Shown here: positions 47,427 to 56,394 of the stretch, one piece after another
Layout of the letters: every line of letters begins with the position of its first letter
Numbering within the stretch: position 1 is the stretch's first letter
Origin: Candidatus Omnitrophota bacterium
Lineage (GTDB): Bacteria > Omnitrophota > Omnitrophia > Omnitrophales > Aquincolibacteriaceae
Length of the DNA stretch: 64,000 bases
Assembly: GCA_035352955.1 (NCBI GenBank)
Contig: DAOPYQ010000006.1
Coordinates: 26,456-90,455 of the forward strand
Direction: 5' to 3'
Notes under the pieces: generated by a model
What the model was told of the DNA's origin: nothing
Database searches by the model: none
The model's input: only the letters and a program-made list of their open reading frames with translations
Program-made: the position numbers and the translations under genes

Positions 47427-47681
47427 AATGACAGGCGCATTGGGGAAGTGAGGCCCGCCTCCAGCGGGTGCTCCGCGGTGCCGCCACTGTCGTCCCGGTT
47501 CGCTGTAGAACCGGGGCTAGCCAGAAAACAGGCCTGTCATAGAAGTGCAAAAATTAAAAATCAAAGATCAAAAGTTTTGATATTTAAATTTTGATTTTTG
47601 AGTTTTAAAACAGCCTCCGAGCAGAGGTCAAGACAGGTTGGCCCTTTCTTGCCCAAGCTCTTTGGCGGAAAGGGTTTTTTT
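47427..47681 (+). promoter_or_regulatory. Cobalamin (B12) riboswitch: aptamer at about 47427-47539, AT-rich linker, intrinsic terminator expression platform at 47642-47681.
   Basis: P1 strands AAATGACAGGC and GCCTGTCAT. GGGGAAG segment. B12 box GCCACTG at 47482-47488. Terminator CCCTTTC-n19-GAAAGGG plus T7, whose 3' arm contains the SD-like AAAGGG immediately before the GTG start of the receptor gene. A candidate extended -10 (TGnTATAGT) lies at about 47391-47400. Confidence 0.75.
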
Positions 47682-49889
47682 GTGTCTGGCGATTTAAATC
47701 TCCGGGGCGCGCATCTCCGGAAGATCAGTGTTTGGGTCCTCGTCGTTTGCCTTCTGAATATCGGATGGAACTGGCCGTTCCATAAAAACAGGGATTCGGG
47801 AGTCGGGACTCAGGACTCAAAAAATTCTTCAAAGCAGTGGAAGAACCGGCCTTTATTGGAAGATGCACCCCAAGCGCCGGGCCAAGAGATCCTGACCTCC
47901 GACGGAAAAGGTTACCGTCATACGGCGTCCCCCCGTGAGCAGAAGTCCCAAGAGCCTGTTCTCGAGATCACGCGCTCCGACGATACCAGCGCCTACGTGA
48001 CCCGCAGCATCTCCATCATCAACCGCGATGAGATCAAGAAATTCCCGGGACTTTATGTTCCGGACCTTTTGCGTTCCAAAGCCGGGGTCGTTGTTTCTGA
48101 GACCTTCAGCAGTCCCAAGGGAATGACGGTAGATATACGGGGTTTTGGCGAGTCAGGTTTTCAGAACGTGCTGGTCTTGGTGGATGGCCGCCGTACTAAC
48201 CAGGTCGATCTTTCCGGAACGGATTGGGCAGCGATCCCTCTTTCCACAGTCGAGCGCATTGAGATCATGCGCGGCCCTTCCACAGTCCTTTATGGAGACA
48301 ATGCCACGGGAGGCGTGATCAATATCGTGACTCAAAAAACCCGGGAAGGTATTCATGCCAAGGCACAGTCCGAGATCGGCATGAACAAGTACCGGCGCAA
48401 CGGCGGTACTGTCGAAGCCGGGAACGACTGGGCGCGCGGACTTTTTCATTATGAGAACACGCAGGACGGCGGCTGGCGGACGAATAGCGATTATTGGGCC
48501 AACGACTGGTTCGGAAAACTCAGCGTCGGGCCTTTTTACGGAGCGGGTGTCGCCCTGAGCGCCGGGAACCACCATGATCGCTACGGAATGCCGGGCTATC
48601 TTCTTATGACGGATATTGAGCAGGTCGGCCGCCGGGGAAGCCTTCAATCCCAGAACCGCGGATGGACCGGCGAAACTTATTTCACTGCGGACCCGGAATG
48701 GAAGGGTGAATTGGGGAAAAACGGGCTTGAGGTCTCGGCATTCAACACCTACCGCCAGCGCCAAAGCAAAGGGAGTTCCGTGTATTTTGGGACGGATTGG
48801 GAATCGGTTTCCCATATCGATTCCTATGAGCTCAAGCCCAAAGTGAAATGGACGAGGTCGCTGACCGACTGGCTTTCGAGCAAGATGACGACAGGGATCG
48901 ATTTTGCATGGGTCCGCGACGATATCCGCAGCGGGTACCGGGCACCCGGGCAGGATTTCACGGAGATCCTGAAAAAAACACTCGGTGTTTATATTCTCGA
49001 AAGCCTTTCTTTCTGGGACAAGCTCCTTCTGAACCTCGGTTTCCGGAGTGATTGGACCGCCTACCGTTTTGATCAAAAGGAGGTCCTGAAGAATCTGGAT
49101 ACGGCCGGTATGTGGAATCCCGCCTTTGATATCGGGCTCGGCTATCATTTTCTGGAACGGTCGCTGGCCTATTTCGATCTGTCTCGGTCGTTCCGGACCC
49201 CCGTTACGGAGGAATTTTTTCAGAATGCTTATATCGATTACACGTCCGGGCTTGTCGCGGGAGGGTTGAACGTTGGACTCAAGCAACAGCAGCAGATGAA
49301 TTATGAGCTCGGGGTCCGTGACAACACCTTCCATCCTCTGGAAGTCGCGGCTAACGTTTTTCTGACGGACATCGAGGACGAGATCTACTTTGATAAGATC
49401 ACGAACAAAAACTCGAATTACAGTTCCATGACACGGCGCTACGGTCTTGAACTGGAATCTTCTGTGAAGATCTTCGAAAAACGCTGGTACAATATTAAAC
49501 CGTTTTTTAACCTGACGCTCCAAAAGCCTTATTTCAAGGGCGGGGATTACGCCGACAAATTGATACCGTTCGTGCCGAGCCATAAGGCGTCGACGGGGTT
49601 TGTCGTGGAGCCTGTTGCAGGACTGACTTTTTCGACCGAGCTGAATTATCTCGGGTCCCGTTTTCCGGTCAGCGACGTAAGGAACAGTCTTCCCAAAATG
49701 AAGCCTTATACCCGGGTCGATCTGAAGGCGCGGTATCAGTGGAAATGGGCGTCGGCGTGGATCGCTTTGACAAATCTTTTTGACCGGAATTATTTCGACT
49801 ATGGGGCCGCCAATTCGTCTTTTACGGCGGTCGGGTACTATCCGGCCCGCGGAAGGAACCTGACCTCGGGTTTTTCGCTGGAATATTGA
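47682..49889 (+). CDS. btuB: TonB-dependent outer membrane receptor (BtuB-like cobalamin/corrinoid receptor by context).
   Basis: Signal peptide. Plug/barrel motifs (DIRGFGESGFQNVLVLVDGRR and IEIMRGPSTVLYGDNATGGVINIVT). C-terminal aromatic residue. Lies directly downstream of the riboswitch. The in-frame TTG at 47598 was rejected because it falls inside the riboswitch. Confidence 0.8.
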   Translation: MSGDLNLRGAHLRKISVWVLVVCLLNIGWNWPFHKNRDSGVGTQDSKNSSKQWKNRPLLEDAPQAPGQEILTSDGKGYRHTASPREQKSQEPVLEITRSDDTSAYVTRSISIINRDEIKKFPGLYVPDLLRSKAGVVVSETFSSPKGMTVDIRGFGESGFQNVLVLVDGRRTNQVDLSGTDWAAIPLSTVERIEIMRGPSTVLYGDNATGGVINIVTQKTREGIHAKAQSEIGMNKYRRNGGTVEAGNDWARGLFHYENTQDGGWRTNSDYWANDWFGKLSVGPFYGAGVALSAGNHHDRYGMPGYLLMTDIEQVGRRGSLQSQNRGWTGETYFTADPEWKGELGKNGLEVSAFNTYRQRQSKGSSVYFGTDWESVSHIDSYELKPKVKWTRSLTDWLSSKMTTGIDFAWVRDDIRSGYRAPGQDFTEILKKTLGVYILESLSFWDKLLLNLGFRSDWTAYRFDQKEVLKNLDTAGMWNPAFDIGLGYHFLERSLAYFDLSRSFRTPVTEEFFQNAYIDYTSGLVAGGLNVGLKQQQQMNYELGVRDNTFHPLEVAANVFLTDIEDEIYFDKITNKNSNYSSMTRRYGLELESSVKIFEKRWYNIKPFFNLTLQKPYFKGGDYADKLIPFVPSHKASTGFVVEPVAGLTFSTELNYLGSRFPVSDVRNSLPKMKPYTRVDLKARYQWKWASAWIALTNLFDRNYFDYGAANSSFTAVGYYPARGRNLTSGFSLEY

Positions 49890-49914
49890 CCGTAAGGCAG
49901 AAGGGAATAGACAA

Positions 49915-50454
49915 ATGCTGATTCTTATCACAGGAGGCGTCCGGAGCGGAAAAAGCCGTTACGCGCTTCAACTCGCTTCGGGGCAAACAGGGCGCAGGAC
50001 GTTCATTGCGACGGCGGAAGCGTTGGACGACGAAATGCGAGAGCGTATCCGCCGGCATCGCGAAGAGCGCGACGGTTCATTCCGGACGATCGAGGAACTG
50101 TTTGACCTTGCCGGGGCGGTCGGACGGGCCGGGACCGATTCGGAGGTGATCGTGATCGATTGTTTGACCCTGTGGGTCAGCAATTTGATCTCACACAGGA
50201 GATCGTCCCCCGAGGAGATCGAGAATTCTTTTGCGGCATTGCTCGGCGTTTTGAAGCGAACGGGAAAAAATGTAATCGCCGTGACGAATGAAGTGGGGAT
50301 GGGGATTATTCCGGTCAATCCGCTGGCGCGTGAGTATGGTGATCTTCTCGGAGGCCTTAACCGGAGGGTCGCCGAGATTGCGGATCAGGTGATTTTGATG
50401 GTTTGCGGGTTGCCGCAACAGATCAAGAAAGGAAGTCATGGAAAAATGGATTAA
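49915..50454 (+). CDS. cobU: Adenosylcobinamide kinase / adenosylcobinamide-phosphate guanylyltransferase.
   Basis: MLILITGGVRSGKSRYAL P-loop start is typical of CobU/CobP. Confidence 0.85.
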   Translation: MLILITGGVRSGKSRYALQLASGQTGRRTFIATAEALDDEMRERIRRHREERDGSFRTIEELFDLAGAVGRAGTDSEVIVIDCLTLWVSNLISHRRSSPEEIENSFAALLGVLKRTGKNVIAVTNEVGMGIIPVNPLAREYGDLLGGLNRRVAEIADQVILMVCGLPQQIKKGSHGKMD

Positions 50455-51508
50455 GAGGGCCGCCGCAATCGCGCCGCTCGATGAAGAACGGAAAACCCGT
50501 GCCAGGGCGCGGATCGACGATCAAACGCGGCCGCAGGGAAGCCTGGGGCGTCTTGAGCGTTTTATGGAATGCCTGGTCGCGATCCGGGAAGCTGAGAAGC
50601 CGGACGTTGCGAAAAAAAGGATCCTCATTTTTGCCGGGGACCACGGGGTCGCGGACGAAGGGGTCAGCGCCTTCCCCAAGGAAGTTACCAAGGCGATGGT
50701 TATGAATTTTCTGAACGGTGGCGCGACGATCAATGCGTTGGGGCGTGAGATCGGCGCCGAGGTCCGTGTGATCGATGCCGGAGTCGATGCGGATTTTGGC
50801 GGGGACCCGCGGATGGTTCACGCCAAGGTCGCCCGCGGGACAAAGAATTTTCTCAAAGCTCCTGCGATGACCGAAGACGAATTGGATCGGGCGCTCGAGG
50901 CCGGCTGGAAACAGGCCGAAGAGGCAAAGCGGGACGGGGTTGGGTTGATCGGCCTTGGCGAAATGGGTATCGCGAACACGACCTCGGCTTCGGCGTTGGT
51001 GGCCGCGTTGCTTCCTGCCCCTGCCGGGAAAGTGACGGGGCGGGGGACCGGTTTAAATGACGATGCTTTGAGGAACAAAGTTCGTGTGATCACGGAGGCG
51101 CTTAGAAAACATGAGGTGCGTCCCGATCAGCCTTTGCGGGCGCTGCAATGTTTGGGTGGATTTGAGATCGCGGGTATGGTCGGGGTGCTGCTCGGCGCAG
51201 CGGCGCTAAAGATCCCCGTCGTCGTCGATGGCTGGATCGTAAGTTCGGCGGCGCTTTGTGCGATCCGTCTGAATCCGGACATCCGGGAACGTATGTTTTT
51301 CTCTCACCGGTCACAGGAGTCGGGGCATGTGCATTTGCTCGAACATTTAAAAGTCGAGCCGATCCTGAATCTTGATATGCGGCTTGGGGAAGGCACCGCG
51401 GCGGCATTGGCGATGGGGATCTTGTCGGCGGCAGTGCGCGTTTATAATGAGGTCGCCACGTTCAGTGAAGCCGGCGTTTCGAACCGGAGCGAAAAGGCCG
51501 AAGGATGA
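50438..51508 (+). CDS. cobT: Nicotinate-nucleotide--dimethylbenzimidazole phosphoribosyltransferase.
   Basis: IAPLDEERKTRARARIDDQTRPQGSLGRLE and GEMGIANTTSASAL motifs, 356 aa. Confidence 0.85.
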   Translation: MEKWIKRAAAIAPLDEERKTRARARIDDQTRPQGSLGRLERFMECLVAIREAEKPDVAKKRILIFAGDHGVADEGVSAFPKEVTKAMVMNFLNGGATINALGREIGAEVRVIDAGVDADFGGDPRMVHAKVARGTKNFLKAPAMTEDELDRALEAGWKQAEEAKRDGVGLIGLGEMGIANTTSASALVAALLPAPAGKVTGRGTGLNDDALRNKVRVITEALRKHEVRPDQPLRALQCLGGFEIAGMVGVLLGAAALKIPVVVDGWIVSSAALCAIRLNPDIRERMFFSHRSQESGHVHLLEHLKVEPILNLDMRLGEGTAAALAMGILSAAVRVYNEVATFSEAGVSNRSEKAEG

Positions 51509-52233
51509 TCAAAGATCTTGTGACGGCGATCCGTTTTCTGACGGTCCTTCCTGCGGGGGGGAAAGCGCATGCCATGGACCGGCTAGCTCCGTCGACCCGT
51601 TATTTCCCGCTGGTCGGGGTCATGATCGCCGCCATGGCGTTGGCGGGGTATTATGGTGCGGTGATGCTTTTTCCGGTCCGGGTCGCCGCTTTTTTTCTTG
51701 TGCTAATCCCCGTTCTTGTGACAGGCGGCCTCCACCTGGACGGTTTCGGCGACTTTTGCGACGGATTTTTCGGTGGGCATGGCCGCGAAGCGATCCTCCG
51801 GATCATGAAGGACACGTACACGGGCGTGTTCGGGGTCGCGGGGATCGTGCTGATCCTCCTGATGAAGTATATTCTTCTGAGCGAGATTCCAGGCCTGGTT
51901 CCGCTGGGTTTTCTTTTGGCGTTTGCGGGTTCCCGGTGGATTCAGGTCGCGATCAGTTTTTCGCTTCCCTACGCCGGGACAGGGCAGGGGCTTGGCGAGA
52001 ATGTGGCGAAGAAAGTCCGCGGAACCGATCTGGTCGTGGCGACCCTGTTCTTTTTGATCCCGCTGGTTTTTTGCGGCCGGAAGGCCCTCCCGGTGATTGC
52101 CGGGGTTTTGATCTTCCTTCTTTTATTTTCACGTTTTGTCCGTTCCAGGATCGGCGGGATCACGGGGGACGTGATCGGAGCGGCGAGCGAACTGACCGAA
52201 GTCTGGATTCTTTTTGTTTATGCGGCGACTTAA
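51505..52233 (+). CDS. cobS: Adenosylcobinamide-GDP ribazoletransferase (cobalamin synthase).
   Basis: MIKDLVTAIRFLTVLP...HLDGFGDFCDGFF motif. Polytopic. ATGA overlap with cobT. Confidence 0.85.
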   Translation: MIKDLVTAIRFLTVLPAGGKAHAMDRLAPSTRYFPLVGVMIAAMALAGYYGAVMLFPVRVAAFFLVLIPVLVTGGLHLDGFGDFCDGFFGGHGREAILRIMKDTYTGVFGVAGIVLILLMKYILLSEIPGLVPLGFLLAFAGSRWIQVAISFSLPYAGTGQGLGENVAKKVRGTDLVVATLFFLIPLVFCGRKALPVIAGVLIFLLLFSRFVRSRIGGITGDVIGAASELTEVWILFVYAAT

Positions 52234-52281
52234 AGAGTTTTCTTTCAACGATGTTGTTCTTTTTGAACCGGCGGAGGCGCG

Positions 52282-52875
52282 GTGACCCGGATCATCCTTG
52301 TCCGCCACGGCGAAACCGCTTGGACCCTTGAGGGCAGGTACCAGGGTCGGACCGATACCCTGCTAACGTCCAAGGGGAAGACCCAGGCCTCAAAACTCGC
52401 CCGTTTTTTTAAAAACGAGAAGATTGATTGCTTCTATAGTTCCCGCCGCAGCCGCGCTTATGAGACCGCACGAGCGATCGCGAAGTTTCACGGGAAAGAG
52501 GTGCGCCAGAAGGGGTATCTTGACGAAATGTCTTTCGGTGCCTGGGAAGGAAAGACGTTCCGGGATTTGATCCGCGAGCGTGACCCGATCTATCGCGCGT
52601 GGTGCCGCGGCCGGCTTCTGACGCCGCGCGGGGGAGAATCCATCAGTCATTTTACAAAAAGGATCCGCGCCGCGCTCGAAGAGTTCCGGAAGAAACATCC
52701 GGGAAAAACGGTTCTGGCTGTGACCCACGGCGGCGTGATCCGCATGGCATTGACCCTTGCCCTCGGGCTTTCGCTTAAAAAATTCTGGGCGTTCGCGGTA
52801 AGCACCGCCTCTTTTACCGTGCTGGAATTCGAAGGCGGATACTTGAACGTAAAATGCGTCAATCACTTGCCGTGA
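52282..52875 (+). CDS. cobC: Alpha-ribazole phosphatase (histidine phosphatase family).
   Basis: RIILVRHGETAWTLEGRYQGRTDTLL RHG motif. GTG start. Confidence 0.8.
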   Translation: MTRIILVRHGETAWTLEGRYQGRTDTLLTSKGKTQASKLARFFKNEKIDCFYSSRRSRAYETARAIAKFHGKEVRQKGYLDEMSFGAWEGKTFRDLIRERDPIYRAWCRGRLLTPRGGESISHFTKRIRAALEEFRKKHPGKTVLAVTHGGVIRMALTLALGLSLKKFWAFAVSTASFTVLEFEGGYLNVKCVNHLP

Positions 52876-53732
52876 AAATTCCTTTCTTCTGCTTTGTGAT
52901 GGTCCTTCAAGTGTTCTGTCTGCCGCTGAAGGCGGAGGAAGGGGGGCAGACACCTCTTCCTCAAAAGGGAGCCCTCTCCCAAAGGATCGTGTCGCTCAGT
53001 CCCGTGCTCACCGAAGAACTTTTCCTTTTGGGAGTCGGGGATTCCGTGGTCGGACGGACCCGCTATTGCACCAAACCCGCGGAAACCGACAAGATCGAGG
53101 TGGTCGGAAATCTTACGGAGATCAACGTGGAAAAGATCGTTTCTCTCCGTCCGGACCTTGTCCTTGTGATCCCGCTGACTGATCCTCGGGCGAAGCAAAA
53201 ATTGAGATCGCTCGGGATCCGGGTCGAGGAGTTCCCTGAGGCCGCGGACTTCCGCGGGATCTGTGATTCGTTCTTGCGTCTCGCCGGCATGGTGCATAAG
53301 GAAAAAGCGGCGGCGGACTTGATCGAAAAAGCGAAAAGGGAAGTCTCGCGCATACGGCAAGAAACGGGCTCACGCCAGCCGCCGGCTGTTTTTATCGAAG
53401 TGGGCGCAGACCCGTTGGTCACGATGGTCAAGGGATCCTATTTTCACGACCTGATCGAATTTTCGGGCGGCGTTAATATCGCGGCGGAGGCTGTCCATCA
53501 GCTTTACTCCCGGGAAAAGGTCCTGGCGAAGGATCCGGATATCATTATCATTGTCAGCATGGGGTTTGACGGTGAGGAGGAAAAGCGTATATGGCAGGGC
53601 TATCCGGGCCTAAAAGCGGTGCGGCAGGGGAAGATCATTCTCGTGGATTCCGATCTGTTCTGCGCTCCGACGCCGGTCAGTTTTGTTCATGCCCTTCAAG
53701 GAGTGGAAAAGATCCTGCATGCAGAAAATTAA
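52854..53732 (+). CDS. btuF: Periplasmic corrinoid-binding protein of an ABC importer (BtuF/FecB class).
   Basis: Signal peptide. IVSLSPVLTEELFLLGVGDSVVGRTRYC is typical of BtuF-class substrate-binding proteins. Confidence 0.8.
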   Translation: MRQSLAVKIPFFCFVMVLQVFCLPLKAEEGGQTPLPQKGALSQRIVSLSPVLTEELFLLGVGDSVVGRTRYCTKPAETDKIEVVGNLTEINVEKIVSLRPDLVLVIPLTDPRAKQKLRSLGIRVEEFPEAADFRGICDSFLRLAGMVHKEKAAADLIEKAKREVSRIRQETGSRQPPAVFIEVGADPLVTMVKGSYFHDLIEFSGGVNIAAEAVHQLYSREKVLAKDPDIIIIVSMGFDGEEEKRIWQGYPGLKAVRQGKIILVDSDLFCAPTPVSFVHALQGVEKILHAEN

Positions 53733-54735
53733 AAAGCGGTCCCTGAAATGGATTTTCTGGCTACTCGTCCTGGCCGCGGCGGTCTTGGGCGCGGCGGCGT
53801 TCGCCCTGTCCGTTGGTTCCGCGGGGATCCCGTTCGGGAAGGTTTTCCGGATCCTGTTCGAGGGGCAAAAGGGGATCGAGCGAAGTATCATCTGGGATAT
53901 CCGGATGCCGAGACTTCTTCTGGGATTTGCGATCGGCGGCGCCTTAAGCCTTGCCGGGGTGATCCTTCAGGGGATGTTCCGTAATCCGCTTGTCGAACCG
54001 TACACGCTCGGGATCTCGGGCGGCGCGGCGGTGGGCGTATCGCTGAATATTTTGTTCGGGTTGCACCGGATCGGTGTTTTAACTATGCCGTTTTCCGGAT
54101 TCCTGGGAGCCTGCCTCGTGATCCTGTTGCTTTACGGTCTTAACATGAAACGGAGGGTCCTTTCGTTGCAGGGGCTGCTTCTGACCGGCGTGATGATCAA
54201 TTTTATTGCATCTTCGCTGATCATGCTGATCCTTGCGTTGTCGCGTCGGGAGAGCCTCCAGGGCATTATTTTCTGGATCATGGGGTCCCTCGACGAGCCA
54301 AACGCGTTCCTGACCCGTTTGGCGCTCGGAGCCTCTGTCCTGTTTCTCGTCGCCACTTATTTTTTTCACTCCGACCTGAACGCTCTCGCGCTTGGCGAGG
54401 AGGAGGCCTTGCATTTGGGAGTTCCGGTGGAACGGACCAAACGCCTGCTTTTTCTCATCACGTCGCTTTTGATCGGAGTGAGCGTGGCGGTATCGGGCAT
54501 GATCGGTTTTGTGGGGCTTGTGGTGCCGCACTTCATGAAAAAAATGGTGGGCTGTGATCACAGGATCCTGCTCGCGGCATCCTTTCTGGCCGGTGGCGCG
54601 TTCCTTGTTTTTTGCGATACGCTGGCGCGGACCGTGATCGCTCCGATGGAACTTCCGGTCGGGGTCATCACCGGGATCCTGGGAGGTTCTCTTTTTGTGT
54701 TTGTCCTGATGCGGGACAACGGAGAGGGGCGCTGA
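53719..54735 (+). CDS. btuC: FecCD-family ABC permease (BtuC-like).
   Basis: About 9-10 TM helices. GISGGAAVGVSL and LGEEEALHLGVPV motifs. Confidence 0.85.
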   Translation: MQKIKKRSLKWIFWLLVLAAAVLGAAAFALSVGSAGIPFGKVFRILFEGQKGIERSIIWDIRMPRLLLGFAIGGALSLAGVILQGMFRNPLVEPYTLGISGGAAVGVSLNILFGLHRIGVLTMPFSGFLGACLVILLLYGLNMKRRVLSLQGLLLTGVMINFIASSLIMLILALSRRESLQGIIFWIMGSLDEPNAFLTRLALGASVLFLVATYFFHSDLNALALGEEEALHLGVPVERTKRLLFLITSLLIGVSVAVSGMIGFVGLVVPHFMKKMVGCDHRILLAASFLAGGAFLVFCDTLARTVIAPMELPVGVITGILGGSLFVFVLMRDNGEGR

Positions 54736-55523
54736 TGCTTCAGGCGAAAGGTCTCACCTGCGGTTACGGCTCGAAGGTCGTTCTGGAGGACGTTGATTTT
54801 TCCGTTGAACCGGGAGCTTTTCTCGGGATCCTCGGACCGAACGGCTCGGGAAAGACGACGCTTTTGAAGGCCCTGACGCGCCTTCTGGAGCCGAAGCGCG
54901 GAGAAGTTCTTTTTGGAGGAAAAAATATATGGGATATTTCCCTCAGAGAATTTGCCAGGGAATTTGCGGCCGTATCCCAGAGCGTGTCGGCGGTGCCTGT
55001 GACGGTCGAGGAGTATGTCGCGCTTGGACGCACGCCTCATTACCGGGATTTTCAGTTCCTGGAGGGACGGAAGGATTTTGAGATCGTAGCGGAGGCGATG
55101 CGTGTAACGGGTGTTGAAGTTCTCGCGGACCGTTTAATGACGCAACTCAGCGGAGGGGAACGCCAATTGGCCGCCATTGCCCGGGCGCTGGCCCAGGAGC
55201 CGCGGTGGTTGGTCCTGGATGAACCGACTGCACATCTGGACATCGCGCACCAGATCAGGATTCTCGATCTTCTGAAACGTTTGAATCATGAAAAGAAGAT
55301 CACGATTGTGATCGTTCACCACGATCTGAATCTGGTCAGCGAGTATTGCGACCGCATCCTTTTGATCAGTGAGGGAAAAATCTTTAAGGGGGGAAGCCCC
55401 GAAGAGGTCCTGACCTATGCAAACATCGAGGCCGTTTATAAGACGGTGGTCATTGTGAATAAAAATCCTATTTCGTCCAAGCCTTTCGTGCTGTTGGTCC
55501 CGGCGGAAAGGAATAAAAAATGA
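54735..55523 (+). CDS. btuD: ABC transporter ATP-binding protein (BtuD-like).
   Basis: GPNGSGKTT (Walker A), LSGGERQ (signature), LVLDEPTAHLD (Walker B). Its start overlaps the btuC stop. Confidence 0.9.
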   Translation: MLQAKGLTCGYGSKVVLEDVDFSVEPGAFLGILGPNGSGKTTLLKALTRLLEPKRGEVLFGGKNIWDISLREFAREFAAVSQSVSAVPVTVEEYVALGRTPHYRDFQFLEGRKDFEIVAEAMRVTGVEVLADRLMTQLSGGERQLAAIARALAQEPRWLVLDEPTAHLDIAHQIRILDLLKRLNHEKKITIVIVHHDLNLVSEYCDRILLISEGKIFKGGSPEEVLTYANIEAVYKTVVIVNKNPISSKPFVLLVPAERNKK

Positions 55524-55598
55524 GTCGAACGCTTAAAAGCAAAAGCTCAAAGTGAACTCTGAATATTAAACTTCGAGCTTCGCTCGGAGGGGGATAGC

Positions 55599-56189
55599 AT
55601 GAAAACAAAAGGTTTGGTCCATGTTTATACCGGTGACGGAAAAGGAAAGACGACGGCGGCGTTCGGGGTTGCGCTAAGGACGTTAGGGCTCGGCGGCCGG
55701 GTCGCGGTTGTGCAATTCTTTAAGGGCGCAACGCTCAACGGTCAACGGTCACCGGAAAAACAATCGTTGCGCGTTGCGCGTTGTGCGTTGAGCTCCCAGG
55801 TCGTAGCGAGTGAGGTGAAAGTGTTGAAGAAGATCAGTGGCAAGTTTCAATCCTGGAGCTTCGGCGTGGGCTTTACCTGGCAGGTTCCACGCGAAGAAAA
55901 TCAAAAAGCCGTGAACAAGGCCTGGAAGCAATGTTGCAAGCTTCTTCGCGATCCGAAATATTCGCTGGTCATTTTTGATGAGATCAACATCGCACTGAAA
56001 TACAAATTTCTTCGGACGCCGGAAGTTCTTCAGGTCCTTAAAAAAAGGCCGGCTGCGAAGCACGTTATTTTGACCGGGCGGGGAGCGCCGCAAGCCCTAG
56101 TCCGGTTTGCCGATCTAGTGACCGAAATGAAGTGCCTCAAACATCCCTTCCGTAAGGGCGTCCTCGCCAAGCCGGGCATCGATTATTAA
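55599..56189 (+). CDS. cobO: Cob(I)yrinic acid a,c-diamide / corrinoid adenosyltransferase (CobA/CobO/BtuR) with an approximately 20-aa insertion.
   Basis: VHVYTGDGKGKTTAAFGVALR P-loop. GFTW and TEMKCLKHPF motifs. Insertion after VQFFKG relative to canonical CobA. Confidence 0.8.
   Translation: MKTKGLVHVYTGDGKGKTTAAFGVALRTLGLGGRVAVVQFFKGATLNGQRSPEKQSLRVARCALSSQVVASEVKVLKKISGKFQSWSFGVGFTWQVPREENQKAVNKAWKQCCKLLRDPKYSLVIFDEINIALKYKFLRTPEVLQVLKKRPAAKHVILTGRGAPQALVRFADLVTEMKCLKHPFRKGVLAKPGIDY
55765..55792 (+). repeat. Four tandem copies of the heptamer CGTTGYG inside the cobO coding sequence.
   Basis: cgttgcg cgttgcg cgttgtg cgttgag, encoding LRVARCAL within the insertion segment. Confidence 0.7.
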
Positions 56190-56394
56190 CCCAAAGTAAG
56201 ATCCGGTTCCGCAGGTTTTTTTGCAAATCATAGCAATTTATAACATCCTATTAGGAAAGCATCTGGTTACATCTAGGCGTGAAAAAAAGTTAAAAAAATT
56301 TTAGACGTTCCCTTGAATTTTCAAAGGTCGCATGTTAGGTTTTTCCGTCAGTTACATTTCCACCGAATTCAGTAGAAGAAAAGGGGAAATTTTT

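Noticed and set aside
47598-47681. TTG-initiated extension of the TonB-dependent receptor ORF.
   Set aside because: It would be translated through the riboswitch linker and terminator. The signal peptide begins after GTG 47682.
48153-49931. 592-aa antisense ORF opposite the TonB-dependent receptor gene. Similar long antisense frames occur at 696..1589, 5115..6011, 13194..14333, 26393..27559, 31150..32859, 37484..38290, 58682..59575 and 61769..62836.
   Set aside because: They lie entirely inside strongly supported genes on the other strand. They have no family motifs and arginine/proline-rich compositions typical of GC-driven shadow ORFs.
55765-55792. CRISPR or other spacer-repeat array.
   Set aside because: Only 7-nt units, contiguous, with no spacers, and lying inside a coding sequence.
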